Origin: Aliarcobacter sp.
Lineage (GTDB): Bacteria > Verrucomicrobiota > Verrucomicrobiia > Methylacidiphilales > Verrucolacustridaceae
Assembly (NCBI GenBank): GCA_041730685.1
Contig: JBGSBI010000003.1
Location: 4,413-68,412 of the forward strand
Length of the DNA: 64,000 bases
Direction of reading: 5' to 3'
The notes under the pieces were generated by a model that was not told the DNA's origin, did no database searches, and was given only the letters and a program-made list of their open reading frames with translations. Made by a program: the position numbers and the translations under genes. Position 1 is the stretch's first letter; each line of letters starts with the position of its first letter. Positions 1-10,104 of this stretch are shown here, piece by piece.

Positions 1-113
1 CCATCCGCGTTGTCTACGGCAAACCGATGCGCTTCACAGGTGACCCAAAAAACCGTAAAGACTTTCAGAAATTCGCCGACGAAATCATGTCGGCTATATC
101 CAAACTGCCCTAA
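1..113 (+). CDS. 3' end of probable 1-acyl-sn-glycerol-3-phosphate acyltransferase (partial)
   Basis: Frame from base 3 reads IRVVYGKPMRF...FADEIMSAISKLP*, a typical LPLAT C-terminus. Confidence 0.55.
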   Translation, partial: IRVVYGKPMRFTGDPKNRKDFQKFADEIMSAISKLP

Positions 114-119
114 CGATCC

Positions 120-617
120 TTAATCTTTAAAGTTGGAAAGAAGGTCTACATGGTGACCCACCATTTTCCACTTTCCGTCCTCTTTGCGAAAAGTATTCGT
201 TGCGCGAATCGAGATCTCACGCATGTCACCTTTGTTATCTTTGTTTTTCCCTTTTTCAACATTGCATACCGTGGCCATGTCTCCGTTTGTGTTCAACATG
301 ACGTGGGGGTCCATCGCCTCAAGTTTCCCGCCCATTTTCATGGCCGCCTGCCGCTCCCACTCCACCAGTACCTTGGGCCAGCCTACTAAGAAATCTCCAC
401 CTGGCCCCATGTAAATCACATCCGAAGCGTGCGAGCAAAGCTCCTTCATCAAAGTCAACTCTCCGGCGAACATCTGGTTGAGCGCCTTATAAAAATCTGC
501 GTTTGCTGTCAGAACCGCTTTCTCATCCCCGTCCCCTGCCTTGGCGCATGGCGCCCCCGCAAGCACCGAGATCATTCCCGCCACCAGCATCAGTCCGCCA
601 ATCGATTTAATATTCAT
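120..617 (-). CDS. Exported SnoaL/NTF2-like (DUF4440-type) protein
   Basis: Signal-peptide-like N-terminus; ANADFY..., RATNTFRKEDGKWKMVGHH C-terminal NTF2-like motif. Confidence 0.75.
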   Translation of the reverse strand: MNIKSIGGLMLVAGMISVLAGAPCAKAGDGDEKAVLTANADFYKALNQMFAGELTLMKELCSHASDVIYMGPGGDFLVGWPKVLVEWERQAAMKMGGKLEAMDPHVMLNTNGDMATVCNVEKGKNKDNKGDMREISIRATNTFRKEDGKWKMVGHHVDLLSNFKD

Positions 618-782
618 CTAATTAAGCTCTGCCTTAGAGCGCCCAACGCAAGCCCTATTCGCCCCCCCTCCCAAGTACCGCCTCCGACCTGCTCCCCTTG
701 CGACTCACCTAAACTTAAATCGTAACACGTGTTACAATTTTAGTTTAATCCGCTTTCCGATCAAACTTCTCTAATCAGTGAA

Positions 783-2132
783 TCAATCCCACAAATGATC
801 AATCCCACGCCGCACCGCTCCAAATAACTCGTCCACCTCTTTTTCCGTAATCACCAATGGCGGCGCGAAGGCCAACAAATCCCGAATTCCTCTCACGATC
901 GCCCCCTCCTTCCTTACCTTTGCCGCCCCCGCAATACCCAAATTCATCCCTGGCTTCAAATCCTTCCTCCCGCTCTTCGGCAAAAGCTCCATCGCCCCGA
1001 TCAATCCCACGCCTCTCACTTCCCCTACCGCCGGATGCCCCGCAAACTCCCGCAACTTCTTTTGAAAATAAGGACCTAACTTTTCCTTTGTTCTCTCCAC
1101 CAGTTTCTCCTTTTCAATAATGTCCATATTCGCCATCGCCGCGGCCGCCGCTACCGGATGCCCCGAATAGGTGAACCCGTGCGCAAAATACCCGCCCTTC
1201 ATCAATACCTCCGCAATCGGTTGCGAAACCATTGTCGCGCCCATCGAAATATATCCACTAGTCAGTCCCTTCGCTAAAATCATCAGATCAGGCTCTAAAT
1301 CCCACATCGCGCTCGCAAACCACGCTCCCATCCGCCCAAACGCTGTGATCACCTCGTCCGCCACGAAGAGAATCTCATACTCCCGCGCTAATTTCCGCAT
1401 CGCCTTGAGATATCCCGCCGGCGGTACTATCACCCCCCCCGCACCTTGTATTGGTTCCAAGAACATCGCTCCAATCGTCTCAGGTCCCTCCTTCTCGATT
1501 AGTTTTTTCGTCGCCGCCACACACTCATCCCCATACGCCTCCGCCTCCTTTTCCCGACCCACCGCATAGGCGTACGGCGCGGGCGCATGCAAAAATCCTG
1601 GCAGAGGCAACCCATACGGAGTCTGACAACTCGGCAATCCCGTCATGCTCGCCGTCGCCAACGTCACCCCGTGATAGGCGAAATCCCGCGTAAGAATCTT
1701 CGTCCGCTCCGGTTTCCCCTTCAAAATCTGATACTGCCGAATAATCTTTAATGCGGTCTCATTCGCCTCCGATCCCGAATTACTAAACACCGCATAATTC
1801 AAATTCCCAGAAGCCATCCGACCCAACCGATCCGCCAATCGCACCGCTGGCTCTGTCGTGGAATTAAAAAAGCTAGGATAAAAAGAAAGCTCCTGCATCT
1901 GCTTCGCTACCGCATCCACAATCTCCTTCCGCCCGTACCCCACATTCACACACCACAACCCCGCTAACCCGTCCAACAACTTTCCCTCCTCCCCCTGCAA
2001 ATAACAGCCTACCCCGCTTTCTAGGATATGCGTCCCACTCAGGTGCATCGTCGCATGGTCGGTGAATGGATGGAGATGATGCGCCCGATCCATTTTGCGC
2101 AACTCCTCCAAATGGGGAAACGTGCTGGCCAT
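783..2132 (-). CDS. Class III PLP aminotransferase (omega-amine/putrescine:pyruvate type)
   Basis: DRAHHLHPFT, LDGLAGLWCVNVGYGR, EPIQGAGG, DEVITAFGR, AKGLTSGY; start set at MASTFP. Confidence 0.9.
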   Translation of the reverse strand: MASTFPHLEELRKMDRAHHLHPFTDHATMHLSGTHILESGVGCYLQGEEGKLLDGLAGLWCVNVGYGRKEIVDAVAKQMQELSFYPSFFNSTTEPAVRLADRLGRMASGNLNYAVFSNSGSEANETALKIIRQYQILKGKPERTKILTRDFAYHGVTLATASMTGLPSCQTPYGLPLPGFLHAPAPYAYAVGREKEAEAYGDECVAATKKLIEKEGPETIGAMFLEPIQGAGGVIVPPAGYLKAMRKLAREYEILFVADEVITAFGRMGAWFASAMWDLEPDLMILAKGLTSGYISMGATMVSQPIAEVLMKGGYFAHGFTYSGHPVAAAAAMANMDIIEKEKLVERTKEKLGPYFQKKLREFAGHPAVGEVRGVGLIGAMELLPKSGRKDLKPGMNLGIAGAAKVRKEGAIVRGIRDLLAFAPPLVITEKEVDELFGAVRRGIDHLWD

Positions 2133-2219
2133 TCCAGAATCTAATCCAATTTTTCTATTTCCGCCAGTCTCACCCTTTTCCCCTCTCGCCCTCGCGCCAA
2201 GTTCCATTATCCTTATGAC

Positions 2220-3320
2220 ATGGTAATCGGTGTTCCACGCGAGATTAAGTCCCAAGAGGCTCGCGTCGCCCTTCTTCCCTCCGCTGCCTATCAACTCATC
2301 CAGCGAGGCCACCAAGTCCTCGTCGAAAAAGATGCTGGCCTCGGCTCAGGCTATCCCGACGAACAGTACATCGCCGCCGGCGCCAAAATCGTCAACAGCC
2401 ATGCCGATGCCTTTTCCGCCGAACTGATCGTCAAGGTCAAGGAACCCCTTCCCGACGAATGCCCACTTCTCCGCTCAGGCCAGATCCTTTTCACCTACCT
2501 CCATTTAGCCGCCAACATCAACCTAACCCACGCCCTCATAAAATCTGGCGTTACCGCCGTGGCCTACGAAATGGTCACCCAAGGCAGGCGCCTCCCGCTC
2601 CTCGAGCCGATGTCAGAAATAGCCGGCCGCATGTCGGTCATCGTCGGCGCCTACTTCCTCGCCAAACACGCTGGCGGTAGCGGCGTCCTCCTCGGCGGCG
2701 TTCCCGGTGTCCTCCCAGGTCGTGTCGTCGTTATCGGCGGCGGTTCATCAGGAATCAATGCCGCCCGCATGGCCACAGGCCTCGGCGCCGATGTCACCAT
2801 CCTCGAGGTCGACCTCGAACGCATGCGCTTTCTCGATATCACCATGCACACCGCCCACACCCTCTTTTCTAATCAGGCCCACCTCGACGAACTTCTCCCC
2901 AACGTCGATCTCCTCATCGGAGCCGTCCTCGTTCCCGGAGCCAAAGCCCCCAAACTCGTCACCCGCGCCATGCTTCGCCGTATGCGCCCTGGAAGCGTCC
3001 TCGTCGATATCGCTATCGATCAAGGCGGTTGCGCCGAAACATCTCGCCCCACTACCCACGATAATCCCGTCTACGTCGAAGAAGGGGTCCTCCACTACTG
3101 TGTAGCCAACATGCCAGGCGCTTACGCCCGAACCGCTACTCAGGCCCTTACCAACGTTACCTACCCCTTTATCGAACTCATCGCCGACCATGGTCTCGCC
3201 ATCGCTACCCAACGCCAACCCGGACTCCTCACCGGCATCAGCACTCAAAACGGAAAGCTCACCTGCCCAGTCGTTGCCTCCGCGCACAAACTTCCCAACC
3301 AAGCCCCTGCCTTCGTTTGA
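2220..3320 (+). CDS. ald: Alanine dehydrogenase
   Basis: [48 protein letters not shown]. Confidence 0.95.
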   Translation: MVIGVPREIKSQEARVALLPSAAYQLIQRGHQVLVEKDAGLGSGYPDEQYIAAGAKIVNSHADAFSAELIVKVKEPLPDECPLLRSGQILFTYLHLAANINLTHALIKSGVTAVAYEMVTQGRRLPLLEPMSEIAGRMSVIVGAYFLAKHAGGSGVLLGGVPGVLPGRVVVIGGGSSGINAARMATGLGADVTILEVDLERMRFLDITMHTAHTLFSNQAHLDELLPNVDLLIGAVLVPGAKAPKLVTRAMLRRMRPGSVLVDIAIDQGGCAETSRPTTHDNPVYVEEGVLHYCVANMPGAYARTATQALTNVTYPFIELIADHGLAIATQRQPGLLTGISTQNGKLTCPVVASAHKLPNQAPAFV

Positions 3321-4171
3321 GCCACGCCCCAAAGCTCATTCCCGCAGATCTCGCCCCCGGCGATCAGCGCTCCGCCAACTCCGAGCTGCCGGGCATCGTC
3401 TTCCACCTCATCGAATCCGCCGACGACCCTTTCTTTCAAATCGGCTTCGATGCCCTCACCAATCTCTTCGGCCCCATGGGCGAAATGGAAACCCTCTCCG
3501 TCCTCCAACATCGCCTCCGCTGGAACACCGCCCAACCCATCCCCAGCAAACCCCTCTTCCACTACGCCATGATTCTTGCCCTCGATCCCAAAAACCAAGT
3601 CGCCGCCGTGCGCGATTACACCGCCATCGTCCACGCGCCCCCAGAACGCGCCGCCGCCACCGTTCACCTTTCCCATCTCTGGATTCATCCCGAGTTCCGA
3701 CGCTCAGGTCTCGCAGGTTGGATGCGTGCTTTCCCCATCGAAACCGCCCGCACTCTCCTCGCTCGAGCCCGTCACGCTCTTCACGCACCCATCACCCTCG
3801 CAGCCGAAATGGACCTTCCCAAAATTCAAGACCCCGCCAGCGGCATCCGTCTACTCGCCTACGAGAAAGCGGGCTACCGCAAAGTCGATCCCCGCGTCAT
3901 GCCCTACCTCCAACCCGATTTTCGCGAACCCGTCGCCATCGACGCATCCGGCACTCTCCAACCCATTCCCATGACCCCCATTCTACGTCGCGTCGGTCAC
4001 GAAGCTGAGTCCTTCGCTCCCGCTTCCGAAATTCGTACAGTCATTCGCGATCTCTACGCCATGTACTCCGATACTTTTCGTCCTGCCGATATGGCTCCAC
4101 TTTGGGAAAAATGGCGAGCCTACCCCGACGGACCCACCCCCATCCCCCTCCTCCCTCCTTCCCAGCTATGA
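3317..4171 (+). CDS. GNAT-fold N-acyltransferase
   Basis: Motif A HLWIHPEFRRSGLAG and YEKAGY; coupled to ald. Confidence 0.7.
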   Translation: MSHAPKLIPADLAPGDQRSANSELPGIVFHLIESADDPFFQIGFDALTNLFGPMGEMETLSVLQHRLRWNTAQPIPSKPLFHYAMILALDPKNQVAAVRDYTAIVHAPPERAAATVHLSHLWIHPEFRRSGLAGWMRAFPIETARTLLARARHALHAPITLAAEMDLPKIQDPASGIRLLAYEKAGYRKVDPRVMPYLQPDFREPVAIDASGTLQPIPMTPILRRVGHEAESFAPASEIRTVIRDLYAMYSDTFRPADMAPLWEKWRAYPDGPTPIPLLPPSQL

Positions 4172-5091
4172 TCGAAGCCTTCCACTCTCCGTCCTCCGCT
4201 GCTCCCATCGGGAATCACACCATGCCCATGGAAAAGTTTCAGCTGGTCGCCGATCGCGCTGCTAAAATTTCTGGCATCCGCCTTCTTCTACCCGCCCCTG
4301 TCACTCGCGAGGATCTCCTCCGCGTCCATTCCGAAGATTATATTCACGCCATCGAAACCGGAAATCCCCGCCCACTCGCCGAATCTCAGAAGTTTCCCTG
4401 GAGCCCTCAACTCTATCCCTCCGTCCTTCTCACCAACGGCGCCGTCCTCGCTGCCGCCCGCTCCGCTCTCGCCCACGGCATCGCCGCCGCCGTTGCCAGC
4501 GGATTCCATCACGCCTCCTCCCAACACGGGGAAGGCTACTGCACTTTTAACGGGCTCGTCATCACTCTCGAGAATCTTCGCTCCGCCGGCGCCATTCGCA
4601 CAGGCGCAGTTCTTGATCTCGATCTTCACTACGGCAACGGGACCGCCTCCCTGCTCCATCACCGACCTTGGGCCCGCGCCCTTTCCATCTACGGCAACGA
4701 CTACTGCAACAACCTCAGCTACCGCGATGTCTCCACCCTGCACCACACGGATGGCCCCAATCACTACTCCGTCCCCTTGCCTGCAAAAACCGATGGCCCT
4801 CAGCTTCTCGAACTTCTTCAACAAAATCTTCCTCGCCTTCTCCATCCCACCCCGCCCGATATCCTCCTCTACCAAGCTGGCGCCGATCCCCTCCGCGATG
4901 ACCCCTACTCCCCTCTCGATCTCGGGTCCGACGACCTCGAAACCCGCGATCGCCTCGTCTTCGAGTTCGCCCGCCGCCACAGCATCCCAGTCGCTTGGAC
5001 GCTCGCAGGCGGATACACTCGCCCTGTGGAAAAAGTCGTTAATGTTCACCTCGGCACCTTTCGTGCCGCCTTAGCAGTCCATGGCTCCTGA
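4168..5091 (+). CDS. Histone-deacetylase-family amidohydrolase
   Basis: GFHHA, GYCTFN, DLDLHYGNG, YQAGAD, LAGGY. Confidence 0.92.
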   Translation: MIEAFHSPSSAAPIGNHTMPMEKFQLVADRAAKISGIRLLLPAPVTREDLLRVHSEDYIHAIETGNPRPLAESQKFPWSPQLYPSVLLTNGAVLAAARSALAHGIAAAVASGFHHASSQHGEGYCTFNGLVITLENLRSAGAIRTGAVLDLDLHYGNGTASLLHHRPWARALSIYGNDYCNNLSYRDVSTLHHTDGPNHYSVPLPAKTDGPQLLELLQQNLPRLLHPTPPDILLYQAGADPLRDDPYSPLDLGSDDLETRDRLVFEFARRHSIPVAWTLAGGYTRPVEKVVNVHLGTFRAALAVHGS

Positions 5092-6493
5092 CCCCATCTC
5101 TTGGCAGAACGCCAACCCAGGAGACCTTTCCGATCTCCTCCCAGAAATCTCTGCCTCCCATAGCGGGACCGTTCTTGCCGCCGCTACCGCCGCCGCCCCA
5201 GGCTGGGCTGACACCCCCCTGCCCGAACGAATCGAACTTCTTCGAGCCGCACAAAAAGTCCTCTACGCTCACCAGGAAGAATTAGCCCAAGGCATCTGTC
5301 GCGAAATCGGGAAGCCTATTGTCGAAGCCCGCTCCGAATCCGCTGCCCTCCTCACCAAAATCGATTTCGCCATTAGTGACGCTGAACGTTTTCTCAGCGA
5401 AGAAAGTCCCGACGATTGTCCCCAACCCAGCCGCATTCGCCTGCGCCCACGCGGCCCCACTCTCGTCATCGGTCCCTTTAACTTTCCCCTACACCTCAGC
5501 AACGGCCCGTCCACCGCTCATCTTCTCGCTGGAAATCCCGTGATTTTGAAACCCTCCCCCCTTGCCCCACACGTTTGTGCCCGCTACGTCCAACTCATCG
5601 CCCCCATCATTCCCCCAGGAGTTTTCCAAGTAGCTCAAGGCGGCGCCCATCTCGCCCGCACTCTCGCCTTCGATCCCCGCATTCGTTCCGTTGTCTTTAC
5701 CGGCTCTTTTCCTGCAGGCCGCGCACTTCTTGCCGAACTCGCTGCCCTCGATCCCGTCAAAGACGTCGCTCTCGAACTCGGCGGAAAAAACGCCGCCATC
5801 GTCCTCCGCGATGCCGATTTCTTTCGCGCCGCTAACTCAATCGCCGAAGCCACCTGCCTGACTGCGGGGCAACGTTGCAACGCCACCGCCCGCGTTTTAG
5901 TCGAAGCCTCTGTCCTCCCTGCTTTCCTCCGCGATCTCACGCCCGCCTTCCTTCCCTACCAACCCAACTGGCCCGCCGATGAATCCACTAAACTTGGCCC
6001 ACTGACCACCTCCGCCTCCGTCGGCCGATTTCGCACCGCCCTGCAACCCATCGATGGAGCTACTTTTTTACTTCCTGGAAAAGTTGTCGAAAAGGTCGGC
6101 CCAAGAAAAGGCTACTACGTCGAGCCCTGTGTTCGCGCTTGGTCTAACTCTCCCACCTATCTCGCTCACCCCTCTGCCCGTCAGGAGTTTTTTGCTCCGG
6201 TCTTAGAAATTATTCCCATCGAAGGAATCGAGGCCATCATCTCGGCGCACAACGCGGTTCCCTTTGGACTGACCGCTTCTGTCTTCACGGCTTCTCGCAA
6301 AAACTTCGAACATCTCGCCAACCACCTCCACGTCTCAAACGTCTACGCCAATCTCCCGACCACATTCTCCCCCTCCGCTCTTCCCTTCGGTGGTTGGGGC
6401 GACTCCGGAAATCATCACCCAGGCGGGCGAGGCTTCATTCGCTTCGCCACCGACGAACAAGTCCTCCAAGAAGCCCGCGATACCTTAAGCTAA
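5081..6493 (+). CDS. Aldehyde dehydrogenase (AstD-like)
   Basis: IGPFNFPLHL, FTGS, LELGGKN, catalytic AGQRC, EFFAP, PFGGWGDSGNH. Confidence 0.9.
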   Translation: MAPDPISWQNANPGDLSDLLPEISASHSGTVLAAATAAAPGWADTPLPERIELLRAAQKVLYAHQEELAQGICREIGKPIVEARSESAALLTKIDFAISDAERFLSEESPDDCPQPSRIRLRPRGPTLVIGPFNFPLHLSNGPSTAHLLAGNPVILKPSPLAPHVCARYVQLIAPIIPPGVFQVAQGGAHLARTLAFDPRIRSVVFTGSFPAGRALLAELAALDPVKDVALELGGKNAAIVLRDADFFRAANSIAEATCLTAGQRCNATARVLVEASVLPAFLRDLTPAFLPYQPNWPADESTKLGPLTTSASVGRFRTALQPIDGATFLLPGKVVEKVGPRKGYYVEPCVRAWSNSPTYLAHPSARQEFFAPVLEIIPIEGIEAIISAHNAVPFGLTASVFTASRKNFEHLANHLHVSNVYANLPTTFSPSALPFGGWGDSGNHHPGGRGFIRFATDEQVLQEARDTLS

Positions 6494-6645
6494 CCCGCCC
6501 TACCTGATTCCGATAGGTGCTTGGCTGTCTTTTGCTTGTCCATCCCAGTGCTCATAATTTCGTTAGCTCGTGAAGAACTGAAACTTATCGCAAAAACGCA
6601 CCAAACGTCCTTTCTTCCTCTTCACCTTCCTTTTACCCTTTTCTT

Positions 6646-7218
6646 ATGACTCTCCCCGACTGGCTTACCATGGCCCGCGTCATCACCGCTTTTGTCCTCC
6701 TCATTCTTCTCCAAGCATGTGCCCACCCCCCTGTTCCCGCTTGGACCGCTTGGCTAGCTCTCACCCTTTTCGTCGCCGCCGCTCTCACCGATTGGCTCGA
6801 CGGACATCTCGCTCGCCTCTGGAAAATCGAGTCCGATTTCGGCCGCCTCTTCGATCCCCTCGCCGACAAACTTCTCGTCGCCGTCGCCTTCATCGGCCTC
6901 CTTGGCGCAGGACTTCTCCCCGTTTGGTTCGTCTCCCTAGTTGTCGCCCGCGAGTTTCTTATCACTGGCATCCGCCTCGTCGCAGGCCAAAAAGGAGTTG
7001 TCCTCTCCGCCGAAAAAGTTGGCAAACATAAAACTGTTACCCAAATGGTCACCGCCATCCTTGCCCTCCTCCTTCTTGCCCTTAACCCCGCCCTGCCCGC
7101 AGGACGAATCCTCCTCGAAGTCGCCGTCATTATCACTGCGCTGATCACCGCAGGCTCAGGCCTCTACTACCTCGCACGCAACTATCCACTTCTTATTTCC
7201 AACGTGCGCCGATCATGA
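6646..7218 (+). CDS. pgsA: CDP-diacylglycerol--glycerol-3-phosphate 3-phosphatidyltransferase
   Basis: TDWLDGHLAR...FGRLFDPLADK CDP-alcohol phosphatidyltransferase motif; GKHKTVTQM. Confidence 0.9.
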   Translation: MTLPDWLTMARVITAFVLLILLQACAHPPVPAWTAWLALTLFVAAALTDWLDGHLARLWKIESDFGRLFDPLADKLLVAVAFIGLLGAGLLPVWFVSLVVAREFLITGIRLVAGQKGVVLSAEKVGKHKTVTQMVTAILALLLLALNPALPAGRILLEVAVIITALITAGSGLYYLARNYPLLISNVRRS

Positions 7219-7712
7219 TCCAAGGATTCAAAGAGCTCGCCTCCGTCTGCCAGGCCATCGCCCAAGGTCGCCAAACGGTCCTTCTTCGAAAGGCTGGCAT
7301 CCGCGAATCCACCCACGAAAGCGCATTTCAGCCGAAATCCTTCTACCTCCTCCCCACCCACTACCACGAAAAAGGCCCCAAATCCCCCTCTCAAGATTTT
7401 CCTATTTCCCTTCGAGTCGAAGTCATCCGTTCAGGTGACTTGATCCACTGGGCTCAAATCGAAAAACTCCTCCCCTTCACCGCCTACGACCCGAAAACCA
7501 TTCGCGAACACTTCGATTCGCGTGACGAAAAACTTCTCCACTTCGCCCAGATCCAATCATTCACCCTCTCCCCCGTCTGGAACCTTCCCCACTCCCCAGC
7601 CCTCTCAGGTTGCCGCTCCTGGTTCGAACTCCCCTCACCTCCCTCCAACCTCACCGAATCCCTCATCTCCACCAACGAAGCCGCCCCCCAAACCTCCCAT
7701 CTCCTCTCATGA
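7215..7712 (+). CDS. DUF1802 family protein
   Basis: FKE...AIAQGRQTVLLRKAGIRE, FYLLPTHYH, GCRSW. Confidence 0.75.
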   Translation: MIQGFKELASVCQAIAQGRQTVLLRKAGIRESTHESAFQPKSFYLLPTHYHEKGPKSPSQDFPISLRVEVIRSGDLIHWAQIEKLLPFTAYDPKTIREHFDSRDEKLLHFAQIQSFTLSPVWNLPHSPALSGCRSWFELPSPPSNLTESLISTNEAAPQTSHLLS

Positions 7713-8515
7713 ATCTCGAAGACACCCACCTCGACGTTCTCCTCAAAGCCCAAAAAGCCCAAGGCATCACCGATCGCGACCTCGTGAAACTTGCGGAGAT
7801 TACTGTCCCCGACCTTAATAATCTTCGAGCAGGACAACGTGAACCTACCGCCATAGAAAAAATCGCCCGCGTCCTTAACCTGCGACCCGAAGCCATCATC
7901 GATTTAGCCAACGGGACCTGGCACTCACCCGCCGCCGCCTTGCCCCCCCATGTCCTTCAGTTCACCACCCCGTTCGCTAATATGACGGTGAACCACTACC
8001 TCGTCTGGGATCCAAAAACTCTTCTCGCAGCCGCTTTCGATACTGGGACCAATGCCGACCCACTATTTGCCGCACTCGAGAGACATAAACTTACTCTCGC
8101 CAAAATTCTCCTCACCCATGCTCACGGGGATCACATCCTCGAACTCGACCGAATCGTCGAACGCACTAAAGCCATGGCTTTCGCCCCCGAAGCCGAGCCC
8201 CTCGCAGGTTGTAAACCCGTCAAAGACAACCAACGATTCAAAATCGGCGGTCTAAATATTACCGCCCACACCGTTCCTGGGCACTCCCCTGGTGGAACGG
8301 TCTATGAAATTATGGGACTCGAAAACCCACTTGCCGTTGTTGGCGATGTCCTGTTCTCCGGCTCCATCGGTGGCATCCGCTCACGCTATCGGCCCGCTCT
8401 AGAATCTATTCGTGCGGGAGTTCTCACTCTCAAGCCCGAAACCATTCTTCTACCAGGCCACGGCCCCATCACCACCGTCGCCCACGAACTCGCCCACAAC
8501 CCATTCTTCCCTTGA
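7709..8515 (+). CDS. MBL-fold metallo-hydrolase with N-terminal HTH-like domain
   Basis: THAHGDH, PGHSPG, GDVLF, PGHG; N-terminal ~70 aa XRE-like. Confidence 0.85.
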   Translation: MNLEDTHLDVLLKAQKAQGITDRDLVKLAEITVPDLNNLRAGQREPTAIEKIARVLNLRPEAIIDLANGTWHSPAAALPPHVLQFTTPFANMTVNHYLVWDPKTLLAAAFDTGTNADPLFAALERHKLTLAKILLTHAHGDHILELDRIVERTKAMAFAPEAEPLAGCKPVKDNQRFKIGGLNITAHTVPGHSPGGTVYEIMGLENPLAVVGDVLFSGSIGGIRSRYRPALESIRAGVLTLKPETILLPGHGPITTVAHELAHNPFFP

Positions 8516-9204
8516 AAGTCGTTGTCCTCCTTTCCGGTGGCCTTGATTCGGTCACCGCTCTGCATCATATGGCCGCCACGGAGAAAGTGGTCGCGGCCCT
8601 CAGCTTTGACTACGGCGCGAAACACAATGCCCGAGAGCTCCCCTGCGCCGCTGACCAGTGCCGCTCTCTTCACATCCCCAACCGTATCGTTTCTCTCAAC
8701 TTTATGGCCGATGCCTTTAAATCCGATCTTCTCAAATCAGGCGGAACAATTCCCGATGGTCACTACGAAGAACAGTCGATGAAGAAAACTGTTGTCCCTT
8801 TCCGAAATGGCATCTTTCTATCTCTCGGCACAGGCTACGCCGAAAGCCTTGGCGCTGACGCCATTGCCATCGCTGCTCACGCCGGGGACCACACCATCTA
8901 CCCCGACTGTCGTGAAGACTTTCTCTCCCCTATGTCCCAAGCTATGGAAAAAGGAACCTACGCAAAAATTAAACTACTCCGACCCTTTGTCTCCATGGAC
9001 AAAACCGCCATTGTCAGGCGTGGAGTGGAACTAAAAATCGACTACGCTCGCACCTGGTCTTGCTACAAGGGTGGCGCTTTACACTGCGGTACTTGCGGAA
9101 CTTGCATCGAAAGACGAGAAGCCTTCCTCAACGCCGGGGTCGCCGACCCCACATCTTACGTTGCCACTCCTCCCCTCCCGCCCAAGCCTGTCTTGGAAAG
9201 CTGA
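8512..9204 (+). CDS. queC: 7-cyano-7-deazaguanine synthase
   Basis: SGGLDS, VPFRN, YPDCR, TWSCY, HCGTCGTC. Confidence 0.95.
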   Translation: MKVVVLLSGGLDSVTALHHMAATEKVVAALSFDYGAKHNARELPCAADQCRSLHIPNRIVSLNFMADAFKSDLLKSGGTIPDGHYEEQSMKKTVVPFRNGIFLSLGTGYAESLGADAIAIAAHAGDHTIYPDCREDFLSPMSQAMEKGTYAKIKLLRPFVSMDKTAIVRRGVELKIDYARTWSCYKGGALHCGTCGTCIERREAFLNAGVADPTSYVATPPLPPKPVLES

Positions 9205-9208
9205 AGCA

Positions 9209-9898
9209 GTGCGAGTCGCGGAAATCTTTCACTCGATTCAAGGAGAGGGCCTTCTGGCGGGTGTTCCCTCCGTCTTCATTCGCACCTCCGGCTGCAACCT
9301 TCGTTGTGACTGGTGTGACACCCCTTACGCTTCGTGGAAACCGGAAGGCGAAGACATGTCTGTATCCGAGATTCTCAAAAAGATCTCAGTGTGGAACTGC
9401 AATCACGTTGTCCTCACGGGTGGAGAACCCATGATCGCCCCGGATTTCCCCGAACTCGCTGAAGCCCTAAAAAGGCAGGGTAAACACATCACCATCGAAA
9501 CCGCTGGCACTATTCCACCCAACGGCATCCCCTGCGACTTGGCCTCCATCAGCCCCAAGCTCTCCAACTCCACGCCTCCTCCCGAACGGGACCCAGCTTG
9601 GGCAAAAAAACACGAAGCCACCCGCCTGCAACCCGAAGTAATTTCCGAATGGATTCGAAAATATCCGTTTCAGTTAAAATTCGTCGTCTCATCCGAAAAC
9701 GATCTGGTCGAAATTAAATCTCTTCTGCTGAAACTCCCCAAAATCCCTGTAGATCGAGTTCTTCTCATGCCTGAAGGGATCGACACTCAAACCATCGCCT
9801 CCCGATCCCCCGGGCTTGTCGATATCTGCAAACTCGAAGGCTTCCGCTTCTGTCCCCGTCTGCACATAGAGCTCTTCGGTCACAAGCGCGGAACTTAA
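9209..9898 (+). CDS. queE: 7-carboxy-7-deazaguanine synthase (radical SAM)
   Basis: EIFHSIQGEG, CNLRCDWCDT, TGGEP, ISPKL; GTG start at 9209. Confidence 0.93.
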   Translation: MRVAEIFHSIQGEGLLAGVPSVFIRTSGCNLRCDWCDTPYASWKPEGEDMSVSEILKKISVWNCNHVVLTGGEPMIAPDFPELAEALKRQGKHITIETAGTIPPNGIPCDLASISPKLSNSTPPPERDPAWAKKHEATRLQPEVISEWIRKYPFQLKFVVSSENDLVEIKSLLLKLPKIPVDRVLLMPEGIDTQTIASRSPGLVDICKLEGFRFCPRLHIELFGHKRGT

Positions 9899-9906
9899 GC
9901 TACAAA

Positions 9907-10043
9907 CCCTTCGAAGCCTTGACGAAGTAGGGCAGATCAAGCTCTTCGGCCATACGCCTGGTACGCAACCCAGCACCGGTAGGGACGACCGTCTCTGGCC
10001 TTCGAAGTGCCGCATCTACGGCACGTAGTAGGCCCGGTCGTCC
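9907..10043. repeat. REP-like nested palindromic element
   Basis: GTAG then GGACGACCG(9983-9991)/CGGTCGTCC(10035-10043), with inner GGCCT/AGGCC and GTGCCG/CGGCAC stems; CCTTCGAAG..CGWAGTAGG occurs twice. Confidence 0.6.
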
Positions 10044-10104
10044 AATAATGACGTTTAAAGTTACTGGTTTATTGAGGCCCTCCATCCAACATCAAAAACT
10101 AGAA

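Noticed and set aside
2133-2315. N-terminal extension of the aminotransferase ORF
   Set aside because: It overlaps ald on the opposite strand; homology starts at MASTFP
2230-8782. Numerous Pro/Ser/Arg-rich or Gly-rich alternative-frame ORFs
   Set aside because: Shadow ORFs caused by the extreme C-rich skew over well-supported genes
8512-9898. queC/queE as a Dpd DNA-modification or QatABCD defence island
   Set aside because: No dpdA/tgt paralogue, ATPase or TatD nearby; canonical proteins in a core-like context
9900-10085. 61-aa minus-strand ORF
   Set aside because: It runs through the palindromic REP-like element, has no recognisable domain and is out of frame with the vapC stub
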